Positions 13,594-26,555 of a stretch of DNA of 64,000 nt are shown piece after piece. Numbering within the stretch: the stretch's first letter is position 1; each line of letters starts with the position of its first letter. The DNA comes from Mobula hypostoma (taxonomy: Eukaryota): the NCBI RefSeq assembly GCF_963921235.1, contig NC_086108.1, forward strand, positions 108,378,001 through 108,442,000, written 5' to 3'. Under the pieces are notes generated by a model. It made no database searches. It was not told the DNA's origin and worked only from the letters and a program-made list of their open reading frames with translations. Made by a program: the position numbers and the translations under genes.

Positions 13594-16500
13594 CGGAAAA
13601 CAAAAAGAAAGACTCGAAGAGCTGAGAGCTTCCTGGAAGGTCCTCAATGCCTCCTTTCATTTAGTGAATCCCATGTATTATAAAATATCATAAAATATCT
13701 CTGGCAAAGCACTTAAAAGCCATCCCCATCTCCCCACCACACACTTCCCAAATATTCATGACACTGAGTTCATCTCCTACTACCAACAAAGGCACAATTA
13801 TATCAGCTTCCTTTGAAACCCTTGGAAGGTTATCATACACACGAAGAGAGCCAAGTGCATGTAATGAGTATTGGGGAACTATTAGTATGCCTGAAATGCT
13901 TCAATGAAAGCTCGGATCACGACATGTCAACAACCGTACTTATCGCACGGACAGCTCCGTCCGCACCTTATTTAATTTGGTTCATTCAGAGTTCAACCTC
14001 TTGCACATGCCTTTCTTCTGAGATCATTTGGGTGGTCCTTTGGTCCCAGGGAGAACTGAACGAGCTCTCTTTGCCTGGTTGGCAGTCAACACCTCTCAGT
14101 CATGAGCCAAGCTCTTTGACAGGACGACACACATCCATACTGGCTCACAGTAGCTGAGGGCGCTGGAAGTGAGGCTGGTTCACTACAGATATTTCACAAT
14201 CCTATCTTGCTGTTCTCATAGAGTCATAGAGCACAGAAGCAGGCCATTTGGCCCATCTAATCTGTGTTGGCCTGGTTTTCTGCCTAGACTCATTTCTCTG
14301 CACCCAGACCATAGCCTTCCATACTCTCTCATCCATGTACTTATCCAACCTTCTCTTAAATGTTATCTTTGAACCCTCGTCTACCAGTTCCCCTGGAAGT
14401 TCATTCCACTCTCTCACCACCCTCTGAGTGAAGAAGTTTTACCTCAATCTTTCACCTTGAACCTATGACCTCTAGTTCCTGTTGTACCCAGCCTCAGGGG
14501 ATAAAGCCTGTTTGTCCTACCTATAACCCTCATAATTTTGTATACCTCTATCAAATCACCCCTCATTTTCCTGCACTCCAAGGAATACAATCCTAACCTA
14601 TTCCACCATTCCCTGTAACTCAGGGCCTGAAGTCTCGGCAACATTCTTGTAAATTTTTTCTGTACTTTTTCAATCTTATTGATATATCTCCTGTATGGAG
14701 GAGACCAGAACCACTTACAGTACTCGAAATTCAGCTTCACAAATGACTTATACATCTTCAGTATAACATCCCAGCTGCAGAATGCCCTGATTTATGAAGG
14801 CCAGTATCCACAGGTCCTATGACATGGAGTTTGAACTCTGAGGTAGATGTGAGTTGGCTGGTCAGCCTGATGGTTTTAAGATCCATGTCGGTGATCTAAG
14901 GCTGCTGCTGAACTCTTCAATCTGTAGCACTGAAGGAAAGGAAAATAATGACTCAGTTGTTCTTGGCTGTGAGTTCAGACGGTTGCTTGTTTATCAGAGT
15001 GTCATACAGGATGGATTGATCTCAATGCATTCAGCCTGATGACTGTTATAAGTTCCTGCCCTCAATGCTGCCTGACTCCAATTCTAGCTTCACCTCTGCC
15101 CCGCCTTTGTAATTTCGCAGTAACATACACAAAGTACTGGAGGAACTCAGGAGGTCAGGCAGCTTCATGGAGGGGAATAAACAGTCGACGTTTTGGGCTG
15201 AGACCTTTCATCAGGACCAGAAAGGAACGGGGAAGAAGCCAGAAATGTTCCTCCAGCATTTTGTATGCATCTGTCTCTGGTCTTCCGGTATCTGGTGTTT
15301 ACGAATACTCTGAAATCAGATTTATTATCACTGACATATGACATGAAGTTTGTTGTTTTGAGGTTGCAGTACAGTGCAAAGGTGTAAAAATCTATAAATT
15401 ACAAGAATAGCCATGGTGAATCTGTGGAATTCATTGCCATAGATGTGGAGGCCAAGTCATTGGGTGTATTTAAAGCAGAGGGTGATCCTCATCATCATTC
15501 ATTCATGTATGTGCCGTGTCGTATGACATGGGTGATCATGGCCTTTCCATGACTGTGATAGCTCTTGACAAATTTTTCTACAGAAGTGGTTTGCCGTTGC
15601 CTTCTTCTGGGCAGTGTCTCTACAAAACGGGTGACTCCAGCCACTATCAGTGCTCTTCAGAGATTGTCCGCCTGGCGCCAGTGGTCACGTATCCAGGATC
15701 TGTGACAATAGGCACCAGCTGCTCATACAACCATCCGCCACCTGCTCCCGTGGCTTCACGTGCCCATGACTTTGGGGGGGGTGGGTGGGGGGCTAAGAAG
15801 GTGCTACACCTTCCCCAACGGTGACATGCAGGCTAGTGGAGAGAAAGGGCGCCTTGTACCTCCTTTGGTAAAGACATATATTCACCCCAACACTCAGCAG
15901 GCTGATAGGTTCTTGATAAGTCAGAGCATCAATAGGGACGGAGAGGAAGCAGGAGAACGGGGCTGAGAGGAGTAAAGCACAGCCATGATGGATTGGTAGA
16001 GCAGACTCGATGGGCCATTGGCCGAATTCTGCTCCGGTGGCTTATGGTCTAAAATAAGTAAATAGTCAAAAAAAAAGGAATCTTCAAGTGCTCATGTGTT
16101 GATGTATCATTCAGAAACCTGATGGTGCAGGGGAAGAAACTTCCTAAATCATGGAGTGTCTGCCTGTCCCTCCACCCTGGTGGTACTAGGAAAAGGGGGC
16201 ATGTCCTGGATGGTGCGAGTCCTGAACGATGAGTCCTTATTCTGACCAGTCATCATTTTTCAGGATGAAGGAGTAAACTGAATTCAACATTGCCAATGTC
16301 TCAGTTGGACTTTCTATGATTCAGTTATTCTCCACTGACGGTTTTATTTCAACTGTCAGATTGATCTTAGAATGGGTTAAAAGGTCAGCAGGACCAAGGA
16401 CCAAAGGACCTGTACTGTTCTATGTTCTATGTGACATAATAAACCAGCTACCATTTTACCAACCACTGTCCATCTCAGGAAGGTCTCTATTGAACAGGAT

Positions 16501-16931
16501 CGTTTTCCATCACTCTTTCACACTCAAAGGCCACTTTCCTTCATGCAAGAGTGGAACTGAAAAAAAAAGGTGCAAAGGCCACAATGAGGTAGATTGGGAG
16601 ATCAACAATTCCTCTTTTAGCAATTGTGAGGTCCATTCAAGAATCTGATAACGGTGGGATAGAAGCTGTCCTTGAGCCTGCTTGTAGGTGTTGTGTTGTG
16701 AAGGTTTTGTACCTTGGGAGGTGGTTGAAGAAAGAATGTCCAGGGTTAAAGTCTGTAATTTTGTTTGCTGCTTTTCTGAATCAGGAAGGAAGTGTAGACT
16801 GAATCCATGGATGGGTGATCTGTTTTCATGATGGACTGGGCTCTGCCCACAATTCCCTGTAATTTCTTACAGTTGTACAGTCTGGAAGGAGTTGCTAAAA
16901 CATGGGTGAGAGTAGAGATGACGGGGAAATA

Positions 16932-17454
16932 CACTCAGTGGCCACTTTATTAGATAGCTTCTATATCTAATGAGGTGGCCACTGGGTGTATGTTCATGGT
17001 TTTCTGCTACCGTAGCCCATGTTCAATGTGTTGTGCGTTCAGAGATGCTCCTCTGTTGCCTTCCGGTCAGCTTGAACCAGTGTGGCTAATCTCCTCTGAC
17101 GTCTACCATTAACAAGGAGTTTTCACCCACAGGATTGATGCTCGCTGGATGCTTGTTTTTGTTTCTTGCACCATTCTCTGTAAACTCTGAAGACTGTTGT
17201 GTGTGAAAATCCCAGGAGATCAGCAGATACTGAGATACTCAAACCACCCCATCTGGCACCAACAATCATTCCACAGTCAGAGCCACTTAAATCACATTTC
17301 TTCTCTCATTCTGATGTTTGCACAGAACAACCTGAACCTCTTGAACATGCCTGCATGCTTTTATGCATTGAATTGCTGTCACATGATTGGCTGATTAGAT
17401 ACTTCCATTCATGAGAAGGCATAAAGTTGTACCGAATAATTTGGCCACTAAGTG
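16932..17454. mobile_element. Tc1-derived non-autonomous element (about 520 bp)
   Basis: TIR CACTCAGTGGCCACTTTATTAG after TA. Copies at 42612-43149 (opposite orientation, with transposase HTH remnant MVRLFQADREVTVTQI), about 38200-38720 and about 51285-51802. Confidence 0.8.
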
Positions 17455-20400
17455 CAGCCTCATTTTGTTCTTTGTTCTGATGTCCATGTTTGTCTATTCC
17501 CCCTCCACCGTGTACTCAGTAAATGCGCGGACTCCTGCCCCCTCTCCCACTGGCCCATGAGTGTTCGACCATTGCAAATCCCCTTCCTAAGATGTTTACC
17601 GTAGATGCATCCAAGTCAGTGATCTCCCTTCTGTGCAAAAGCAGTAATCTATCACAAACTAACTGGTTTTCAGAAAATTCTTTCTGGTAATATTGATTTG
17701 AAAGCGAAAATAAATATGTCAAATCACTGCCCCTTCAGATGTTGTGTATTTAATATTTAATAACTCCATTTCTCATTTGAAGTTCCAGCACCGTATTAAA
17801 ACCATGTGATCAGAATAAGCTGAGTTCCCTCAGGCGGTTTATAGACAAAGAAAGTTCAATTTTTTGTTCCTTTTCTTCTTTCCAACCTTACCCTGTTCAA
17901 TAAAAAGCTAAACTGTTGAAAAGTTTAAGCTGGAAACATAAGGTAAGGGAGAGCATTCAGTGTCTAGGGCCTGTTCTGTTGTTCGCTTAGACCTAAGCTG
18001 TTCTGAAACTCAATGCTTTGACCTGCTTTGGTTTGATTTCCCGAGTGACCCCCTTGCACAAAAACTTATCGTTCTCAGTTTGATTTTATATCCAGACTCA
18101 GCTCCTGAAACTTTCACGTGGTTATTTATATTTATTTAGAGATACAACACAGAACAGGCTCAGTGAGCCACACCACCTAGCAACTGCCTATTTAATCCTA
18201 GCCCAATCATAGGTCCGACGAGCCGCACCACACAGCTACCACCGATTTAACCCCAGCCTCATCATAAGCCAATAAGCCGTACCACCCAGCAACCCACATA
18301 TTGAACCCTGATGTAATCATAGGACCATTTACAATGACTGATTAACCTACTAACTAGTACATCTTTGGACTGTGGGAGGAAACCAGAGCCCCTGGAGGAA
18401 ATCTATACTGGGAGAGTGTACTAACTCCTTACAGACGGTGTCAGAATTGAACTCTAAACTGTGGAACAGCCCGAGATGTAATCGCTCCACACTAACCACT
18501 ATACCTAGACTCAAGTCAATCCTTGTTCCGGCATTTATCCCTTTCCTCTCCAGTTCTGACCAAGGGTTTCAACTCAAAACTGTGTCCCTTTGATCCCCCA
18601 GCATTTTGGTGTGTCAAGTTGAATTTCTTGTTATAGGAGGGAAGGGTTAGATTAATCTTAGACTAGTTTAAAAGGACATCATACATAGTGGGCCAAAGGG
18701 CCTGTTCTGCGCCGTACTGGTCAACGCTCTACATGTATGTAAAGATGAAATGAAAAACTTACTTGCAACAGCATCGCAGGCAGAGAGCACCAGAGACACA
18801 ATATTCACAAAAGAAACATGAATTTAACATAAACTATACCCAATTTTTACAAGAAATTTCAAATTCAGTTATTATAAAGTTTATTATCAAAGTACATCTA
18901 TGTCACTATATACTACCCTGATATTCATTATCGTGGGCATATTCAAGAAGCACAATAGAATCAACGAAAGAACCCACCCAACAAAATAGACGAACAACCA
19001 ACATGCAAAAGACAACAGACTGTGCAAATACAAAAAGAGAAAAAGAGAAATAATAATAATAAATAAGCAATAAACATTGAGAACATCAGATAAAGAGACT
19101 TGAAAGTGAGTCCACTGGTTGTGGGAATAGTTCAGTGATGCAGTGAGTGAAGTTATCACATCAGGTTTTAGAGCCTAATGGTTGAGGCCTGAACCTGGTG
19201 GTGTGGGGCCACAATTAAAACAAGAAGAGCAGACAACATCCTTTGTAGTGTAAAGTCATAGTGTTGCTAACAGTAATTATAAGGGTTGTGCAGGTTATTT
19301 CAAGAGACAAATGGTTGAAGCGAAGGAGTTGTTCTTAAACCTGGTGTTGTGGGACTTCAGGCTTCTGTAGCTCCTGCCCATTGTAGCAGTGCCCGGATGG
19401 TGGGGATCTTTAGAGGTCGATAGGAAAGAGTACACTAGGGGTTCCCAACCTGGGGTCCATGAAATCCTTGCTTAATGGTATTGGTCCATGGCGTAAAAGA
19501 GGTTGAGTAGAGAGTTTAAAATTCCAGTTCCCATAATGTGAAGCAGTGTTCACTGATATTATCGCTTGACAGTCACACACCGATCGGATGCAGTTCAGAG
19601 AAGGCTGTGTTGGTTGATTAATTAGATGAAGTAACTTTGTTATGAGGAAGGGCTGACCAGTTTGATCTTCTTGTCAGTGGAGTTTAGAAGAATGGGAGAT
19701 TATTGATGATCTTGGAACTGATAATTCTGACAGGGCTTGGATGCTTGAAGATAAAGATTCACTTTATTGAAACATAACATGAAATGTGTTGTTTGTATCA
19801 AGTGTGTGCTGCCTCTCCTTTTGTTCTCCTGCCTTCTCCCTGTAACTTTCGATGCCCTTTGTGATTGAGAACTAATCAACTTCCACTTTAAATAAACCCA
19901 ATAATTTGGCACTGGCCTTGTTTCTGAGGCTGTGGTACCTTTCAGTATTCGCTAGATTTCAATGAGATCCCCCTCATTTTTCTGAACTTCAGTAAGCCCA
20001 GAGCCATCGTAACCCTTTTATTCCCAGGATAATTTTCATGAAACTCCATTGGAAGCTGTTCAAAGCTAGATCTTCATTGTACTTGGAGTACTGTGTGCAG
20101 TTCTGATCACCTACCTGCAGAGAAGATATGATCAAGATTGAAAGAGGGCAAAGAAAATTTACGATATGCCAGGACTTGAGTTACAGGGAAAGGTTGAATA
20201 GGTCAGAACTTTATTCCTGGGAGCGTAGAAGAATGAGAGGAGATTTGATAGAAGTCTACAAATTTATGAGGGGTATAGATAGGGTAAATAAAAGCAGACT
20301 TTTCCCACTGAGGTTGGGTGAGAGGTCATGTGTTAAGGGTGAAAGGTGAAATGTTTAAGGGGAACATGAGGGGAAACTTACTCACTCATAGGATAGATAC

Positions 20401-21912
20401 ATGAATGGTAAGGGTATGGACTGCTCAATAGCAGGGGTATTGACTGCTTTTGGCGGGGGATAACCTACCTGGGGGAAGCAACAGTGGCCGTGCCTCTGGC
20501 ACTGAGTCTGGCCCTGTGGCTCAGAGGGTAGGGAACTGAAGAGGCTGGCAGCAGTTATACGGGACTCTATAGTTAGGAGGACAGATAGGTGATTCTGTGG
20601 ATGGGAAAAAGAAACAAAGATGGTAGTTTGCCTCCCAGGTGCCAGGGTCCGAGATGTTTATGAACGCGAACACAATATCCTGAACAGGGAGGGTGAGCAG
20701 CCAGAAGTCGTGGTACATATTGGTGCCAAGGTCATGGGTAGAAAATGGGGGGAGGTCCTGAAAAAGAATACAGGGAGTTAGGAAGTAGGACCTCAAGGGT
20801 AGTAATCTCGGGATTGTTTCCTGTGCCACGCGACAGTGAGGATAGGAATAGAATGAGATGGTAGATAAATGCCTGAAGTATTGGAGCAGGGGAACAGGAT
20901 TCAGATTTCTGGATAATTGCGACCTCTTATGGGGCAGGTGGGACCTGTATAAAAGGGACGGGCTTCACTTGAATCCAAGGGGGACCAATATTCTTGTGGG
21001 CAAATTTACTAGAGCTGTAGAGAGTGGTTTAACCTAATATGGCAGGGTTGGAACCAGTAAGATAGAGCTAAGGATGAGCCAGCAGGTTTACAAGTAGATG
21101 GTGTAATATGTAATATGAATGGAAGGAAGGACAAGCCAATGATTGGGTACAAATGCAGACAGAGCAAAGAGTTAAATTGTACCATAGAGTCAAAATTCAA
21201 AAGGGCAAAGAATGCAGGACTGAAGGTGATGTATTTAAATGCTCGTAGCATTCGGAATAAGGTGGGTGAACCCATGGCACAATTAGAGATGGATAAATAT
21301 GACGTTGTGGGCGTCACTGAGTCGTGGCTGAAAGAAGGTCATAGTTGGGAGCTTAACATCAAAGGATATACTTTGTATCGAAAGGACAGGCAGGAAGGAA
21401 TAGGCGGTGATGTGGCTCTGTTGGCACGAAATAGAATTACATCTTCAGAAAGAGGTGACATAGAGGTCAGGGAATGTTGAATCCTTGAGGGTGGAGTTAA
21501 GAAACAGCAAGGGTAAAAAAACATTATGAGAATCATACATAGGCTTCCAAATAGTAGCTAAGATGTGGTGTTTTGATTCCAAAGGAAGCTAGAAAATGCA
21601 TATAATAAGGGTACTATCATAGTTGTAATGGGGGACTTCAATATGCAAGAGGATTGGGAAAATCAGGTGGTGTCGGATCGCAAAAGATGGAATTTGTTGA
21701 ATGCCTATGAGATGGCTTTTCAGAGCAGTTCGTGCTTGAGCCTACTGAGGGAAAGGCTATCCTAGATTGGGTGTTGTGTAATAATCCAGATCTTATTAGG
21801 AAACTTAACATAAAGGAATGCTTAGGAGGCAGTGATCCGAATATGATTGAATTCATACTGCAATCTGAGAGGGAGAAGCATAACTCACATGTATTAGTAT
21901 CGCAATGGAATA

Positions 21913-23177
21913 AAGGTTTCCCCCGTTATCCAAAGGTAGAGCGTTCCTATGAAACGGTCCGTAAGCCGTATGTCGTAAAGTGAATAAGCAGTTACCATTT
22001 ATCAATATGAGAAAAATTTTTGAGCGTTCCCAAACCCAAAAAATAACCTAGAAAATCATGCCAAATAACACATAAAACCTAAAATAACAGTAACATATAA
22101 TAAAAGCAGGAATGATATGATAAATACACAGCCTATATAAAGTAGAAATACTTTCCTGCAGCACTGTCTAGCGCAGCGAAAATCTCGCGGAAGCGCTCTC
22201 GGCAGAAACACTCTCTCCAGTGACCTTTAAGCTATGAAGCTGCCAAATCATACCAAGTAACACATAAAAATACACAGCCTATATAAAGTAGAAATAATGT
22301 ATGTACAGTGTAGTTTAACTTATCGGAATCGGGAAGACTCCAATAAATTGCAGTTGCGTCACAGTTAAACACTTGCTTATACAAATAAGCACCTGACGCA
22401 ATCGGCAATCGCCTCTGATCTGGGCCGACATTTACGTGCTGGGTGGCACCTAATTAATTAGCTTGTTTATTTTGGCTTTTTTCTTAAAGATGTGCTGAGT
22501 GTGTTCCGTGCCCTCGCCTCAGAAACCAATCAAGCCACCCATGACTACTTTTAAATTCCACTTTTGCAACACTTTCATCACCACCGTCCAGTGCTTTCTG
22601 TTTCAGCTTATTAAAAAGACTGACTGATTTCTCCTTAAGTGTAAGAAAACTTAACGGAACACCACGCTTTGTACACCCATCAATCCACTCAAGCAATAGA
22701 CTTTCCATTTTATCCATTATTGGATGCCAACTAAGAGAGACCACTTTGTTACGAGCAGAACCAACAGTAACATCGGCAGCTTTCGGGATACTTTCTCTGT
22801 GTGAATAAATAGTGCGAATGGTGGATGCAGGCAAGTTCAACGTGCGGACAATGTCCTTACTTGGTTTACCTCGATCGAAATGCTTAATTATGTCTAGTTT
22901 TACGCTAAGTGTAACACCCTTACGAGCTCTTTTAGGCTTTTCCGATACCTTAGAACTCATCTTGCTAACGGATGCACAAAATAAATCGAGATAAAGCACG
23001 TGTTTAAGCAATGGCGGCTAGAATGCAGTTCCGGGGGAGGAACTTGGCTGTTCATGCGCACACTGCCTTTTTTCGTAACAGTGAAAACACCTTCTGTTAG
23101 CAAAAACAGGTAACTAATGTAGGTCTTTTGTAACAGCGAGGTGTCGTAAAGCGAACATTTGGAAAACGGGCCACCTG
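21913..23177 (-). mobile_element. pogo/Tigger-family transposon, internally deleted
   Basis: TA TSD (21911-12, 23178-79); imperfect TIRs (C/A)AGGT..CCCGTT.TCCAAA; host CR1 reads through once the element is removed. ORF 22960-22484 encodes a CENP-B-type HTH pair (TLSVKLDII..NLPASTIRTI; MESLLLEWI..FKSSHGWL) but no DDE domain. Confidence 0.88.
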
Positions 23178-23380
23178 TAAAGGGATACCGAGGCATGAGA
23201 GAGGAGCTTGCCAGGAGAATACTGGTGGGGATGATGGCAGAGCACAAGTGGCTGAAGTTTCTAGGAATAGTTCACAAGGCACAGGATAGATATGTCCCAA
23301 AGAAGAAGATGTTTTCAAATGGCAACCATGGTTGACAAGGGAAGTTAAGGACTGCATAAAAGCGAAAGAAAGGGTATACC

Positions 23381-23657
23381 CGAGGAATTCTGCAGATGCT
23401 GGAAATTCAAGCAACACACATCAAAGTTGCTGGTGAACGCAGCAGGCCAGGCAGCATCTCTAGGAAGAGGTACAGTCAATGTTTTGGGCTGAGACCCTTC
23501 GTCAGGACTAACTGAAGGAAGAGCTAGTAAGAGATTTGAAAGTGGGATGGGGAGGGGGAGATCCAAAATGATGGGAGAAGACAGGAGGGGGAGGGATGGA
23601 GCCAAGAGCTGAACAGGTGATTGGCAAAAGGGATATGAGAGGATCATGGGACAGGAG
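23381..23657 (-). mobile_element. Penelope-like short element carrying a degenerate minimal hammerhead motif
   Basis: The family sequence gatgctggaaat...tgctggaggaactcagcaggccaggcagcatc...cagtcgacgtttcgggccgagacccttcatcaggactg recurs at about 4650-4776, 9445-9600, 10058-10230, 15123-15270, 33585-33660, 35468-35745, 40628-40765, 44985-45560 and 58284-58535. Confidence 0.65.
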
Positions 23658-25841
23658 GCATACTATAAAAAATGACGGTGGTAAGGTAGTAATTGGGGAC
23701 AAAGAAAAGGCAGATGAACTTAATGAGTACTTTGCATCAAACTTCAATGTGGACGATACTAGTAGTGTACCAGAGGTCCGTGTGTGTCAGGGATCTGGAG
23801 TGAGTGCCATTGCTATTACAAGTGAAAAAGTGCAAGGCAAACTCAAAGGTCTTAAGGTGCACAACTTACCTAGACCAGATGGACTACATCCCAGAGTCCT
23901 GAGAGAGGTGCTGAAGAGATAATGGATGCACTGGTCATGATTGTTTAAGAATCACTTGATTCTGTTATGGTCCTGGAGGACTGGAAAATTGCAATTGTCT
24001 CTCTACTCTTTAAGAAGGGAGGAAGGCAAAAGAAAGGAAATTATAGGCCAGTTAGCCTAATCTCAGTGGCTGGGAAAGTTATTATTAAGGATAAAGCTTT
24101 GGGGTACTTGGAGACAGGTTGAGTCTGTGGTAAAGAAGGCAATTGCAATATTGGCGTTTATTTCAAGGGGAATAGAATATAAAAGCAAGGAGATAATTCT
24201 GAGGCTTTATATGACACTAGTCAGACTGCACTTGGAGTATTGTCAACTGTTTTGGGCCCCATATCTCACAAAGGATGTCTTGTCATTGGAGAGAGTTCAG
24301 AGGAGGTTTATTAGGGTGACTCCGGGAATTAAGGGGTTAACATATAAGGAGCATTTGGCAGCTTTGGGCCTGTACTCATTGGAATTTATAAGAATGCAGG
24401 GGGATTTCACTGAAACCTACTGAATGTTGAAAGGATTAGATAAGGTGGAAGTGGAGAGGATGTTTCTTCTGGTGGGGGTATCCAGAACTAGAGGGCACAG
24501 ACTCAAAACTGAAGGGTGACCTTTTAGAACAGAGGTAAGGAGCAATGTTTTTAGCCAAAGAGTGGTGAATCTGTGGAATGCTCTGCCACAGACAGCTGTG
24601 GAGGCCAAGTCCGTGGGTATATTTAAAGCGAAAATTGATAAGTTTCCTGATTGATCAGGCCATCAAAGGATATGGCAAGCAGGCAGGTGTATGGGGTTGA
24701 GTGGGATCCGGAATCAGACATGATGGAATGGTGAAGCAGACTTGATGGGCTGAATGGCCTAATACTGCTCCTATATCTGATGGTCTTATTGGCTGTGGTC
24801 CAGATGCATGGTGTTGGGACTAGGCAGACAAAACAGTTCCACGTGGACTGGATGGGTTAAAAGGCATGTTTCTCTGCTGTAGAGTTCTACGACTGCATGA
24901 TTGTAAGAGTCTCCGAAATGCCCCTAATGTATCTGCCACCACCCCTGGAAGGGTGCTCCACGCCCCCACCACTCTCTGTGTAAGAAAAACCTAATTCTGA
25001 TATCCCTCCTGTATTTTCATCCAATCTCCTTTGCACTCTTGTGCAAAATTAAATGTTTAAAGTAAGCTGGTTATCAAAATATGTATATGCCACCATGTAT
25101 TACTCTGAGATTCATTTTCTTAGAACATAGAAATTTATAGCACATCACAGGACCTTTGGCCCACAATGTTGTGCCGACCGTATAGCCTACTCTGGACACA
25201 GCCTAGACTATCCCTACCGCACAGCCCTCTATTTTTCTAAGCTCCATGTACCTATTTAAGAGTCTCTTAAAAGACCCTATTGTATCCTCTTGCACCACTG
25301 TCGTTGGTAGTGCATTCCATGCTCCACCACTCTCTGTGTGGAAAAATTACCCCTGACATCCCCTCGGTACCTATTACCAAGCAACTTAAAGCTATGCCCC
25401 CTCGTGCTAGCCATTTCAGCCCTAAGAAAAATGCCTGTCATCAACTTATACAACTCTATCAGGTCACTTTCATCCTCCGTCGCTCCAAGGAGAAAAGGCC
25501 AAGTTCACTCAACCTATTCTCATAAGGTACACCCTCCAATCCAGGCAACATCCTTGTAATATTCTTGTGGGCATTCTCAGTTGTACAAATAAATACAATA
25601 GGAATCAGTGAAACTGACAAAGAACCAAAGTGCAAATTAAGACAAACTGTGCAAATACAAAATAAAGTAATAAATCAGTTAATAAATGATACTGAGAACA
25701 TGAGTTGTAGAGTTTGTGAAACTTCATCTATAGGTTGTGGGTTCAGTTCAGTGTTTGAATGAGTGAAGTTATCTACACTGGTTCAGGAGCCTGGTTAATA
25801 CGTGAGTATTAGCCGTAACTGACCTTTCCTTTTGTTGGCAG

Positions 25842-25933
25842 GTCAACATCTTCTTCCTGATCGTCACCGTCTACAAAATGGTGAAGCACACGCCGACACT
25901 GAAACCTGACTCCAGCAGGTTGGAGAACATCAA
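25842..25933 (+). CDS. ADGRL2: ADGRL2 coding exon, TM5-ICL3 (92 nt)
   Basis: tggcag|GTC AAC ... ATC AA|gtaagc; encodes [30 protein letters not shown](K). Confidence 0.96.
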
Positions 25934-26521
25934 GTAAGCATCGGGGAATTTTGCGCAGAGGGTGTGGCAGTGGAGTGCTTGGAAGACTTTGTGATGCATG
26001 GCCTAATTGTTTGTCCGTTGCCTTTTCCCATGCTGGCCTGGACTCTGTTCACTGAGTTCAATCTTTCAATGACCATCCAGATCCAACAAGACTCTGCTGG
26101 TTCTGAACAGAGCACTCTCAGGAGTTCTTTCTGCTAATTTTTATTACTGCCTGTTACATCATTGGCATTTAGGGATGCACTGAAGGTCTTCCATCTCTAT
26201 CTTTATGGAAGGATTCTTCATTGCTGTTTACATAAGTTATTTTTTGACCAATCAGGGTTGTTAGCCCTGAGCTGAAGCCCTAAACTGGGAGGATCGGTGG
26301 ACCACTCCAAGTCTGGCCTCTACCCTTTCACCTGTTTGGCATGGGTGACTCTACAAGAGCCAAAGCACAAGGCCCTGACTCCAGCCAACATAGCTCTCTG
26401 AGTCATTAAGACACACAAGCCGCCAAATCACGACTAGGTTTGGATCCTTCAGGTCTTTCCCTACTGCTTGGCTATTTATTGTCTCTTTTGACTATCTGTC
26501 TAATTCCATAGAAACATACAG

Positions 26522-26555
<34 letters not shown>

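Larger units (their letters stand above)
20420..24790 (+). mobile_element. Decayed long CR1 LINE (ORF1 SGNH-esterase plus ORF2 remnants), interrupted by a Tigger element and a Penelope-type insert
   Basis: ORF1 remnants (RDSIVRRTD, VVCLPGARVRDV, QPEVVVHIG), APE motif YLNARSIRNK..VGVTESWL, RT C-terminal LVRLHLEYCQLFWAPY, CR1 3' UTR. Confidence 0.85.
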
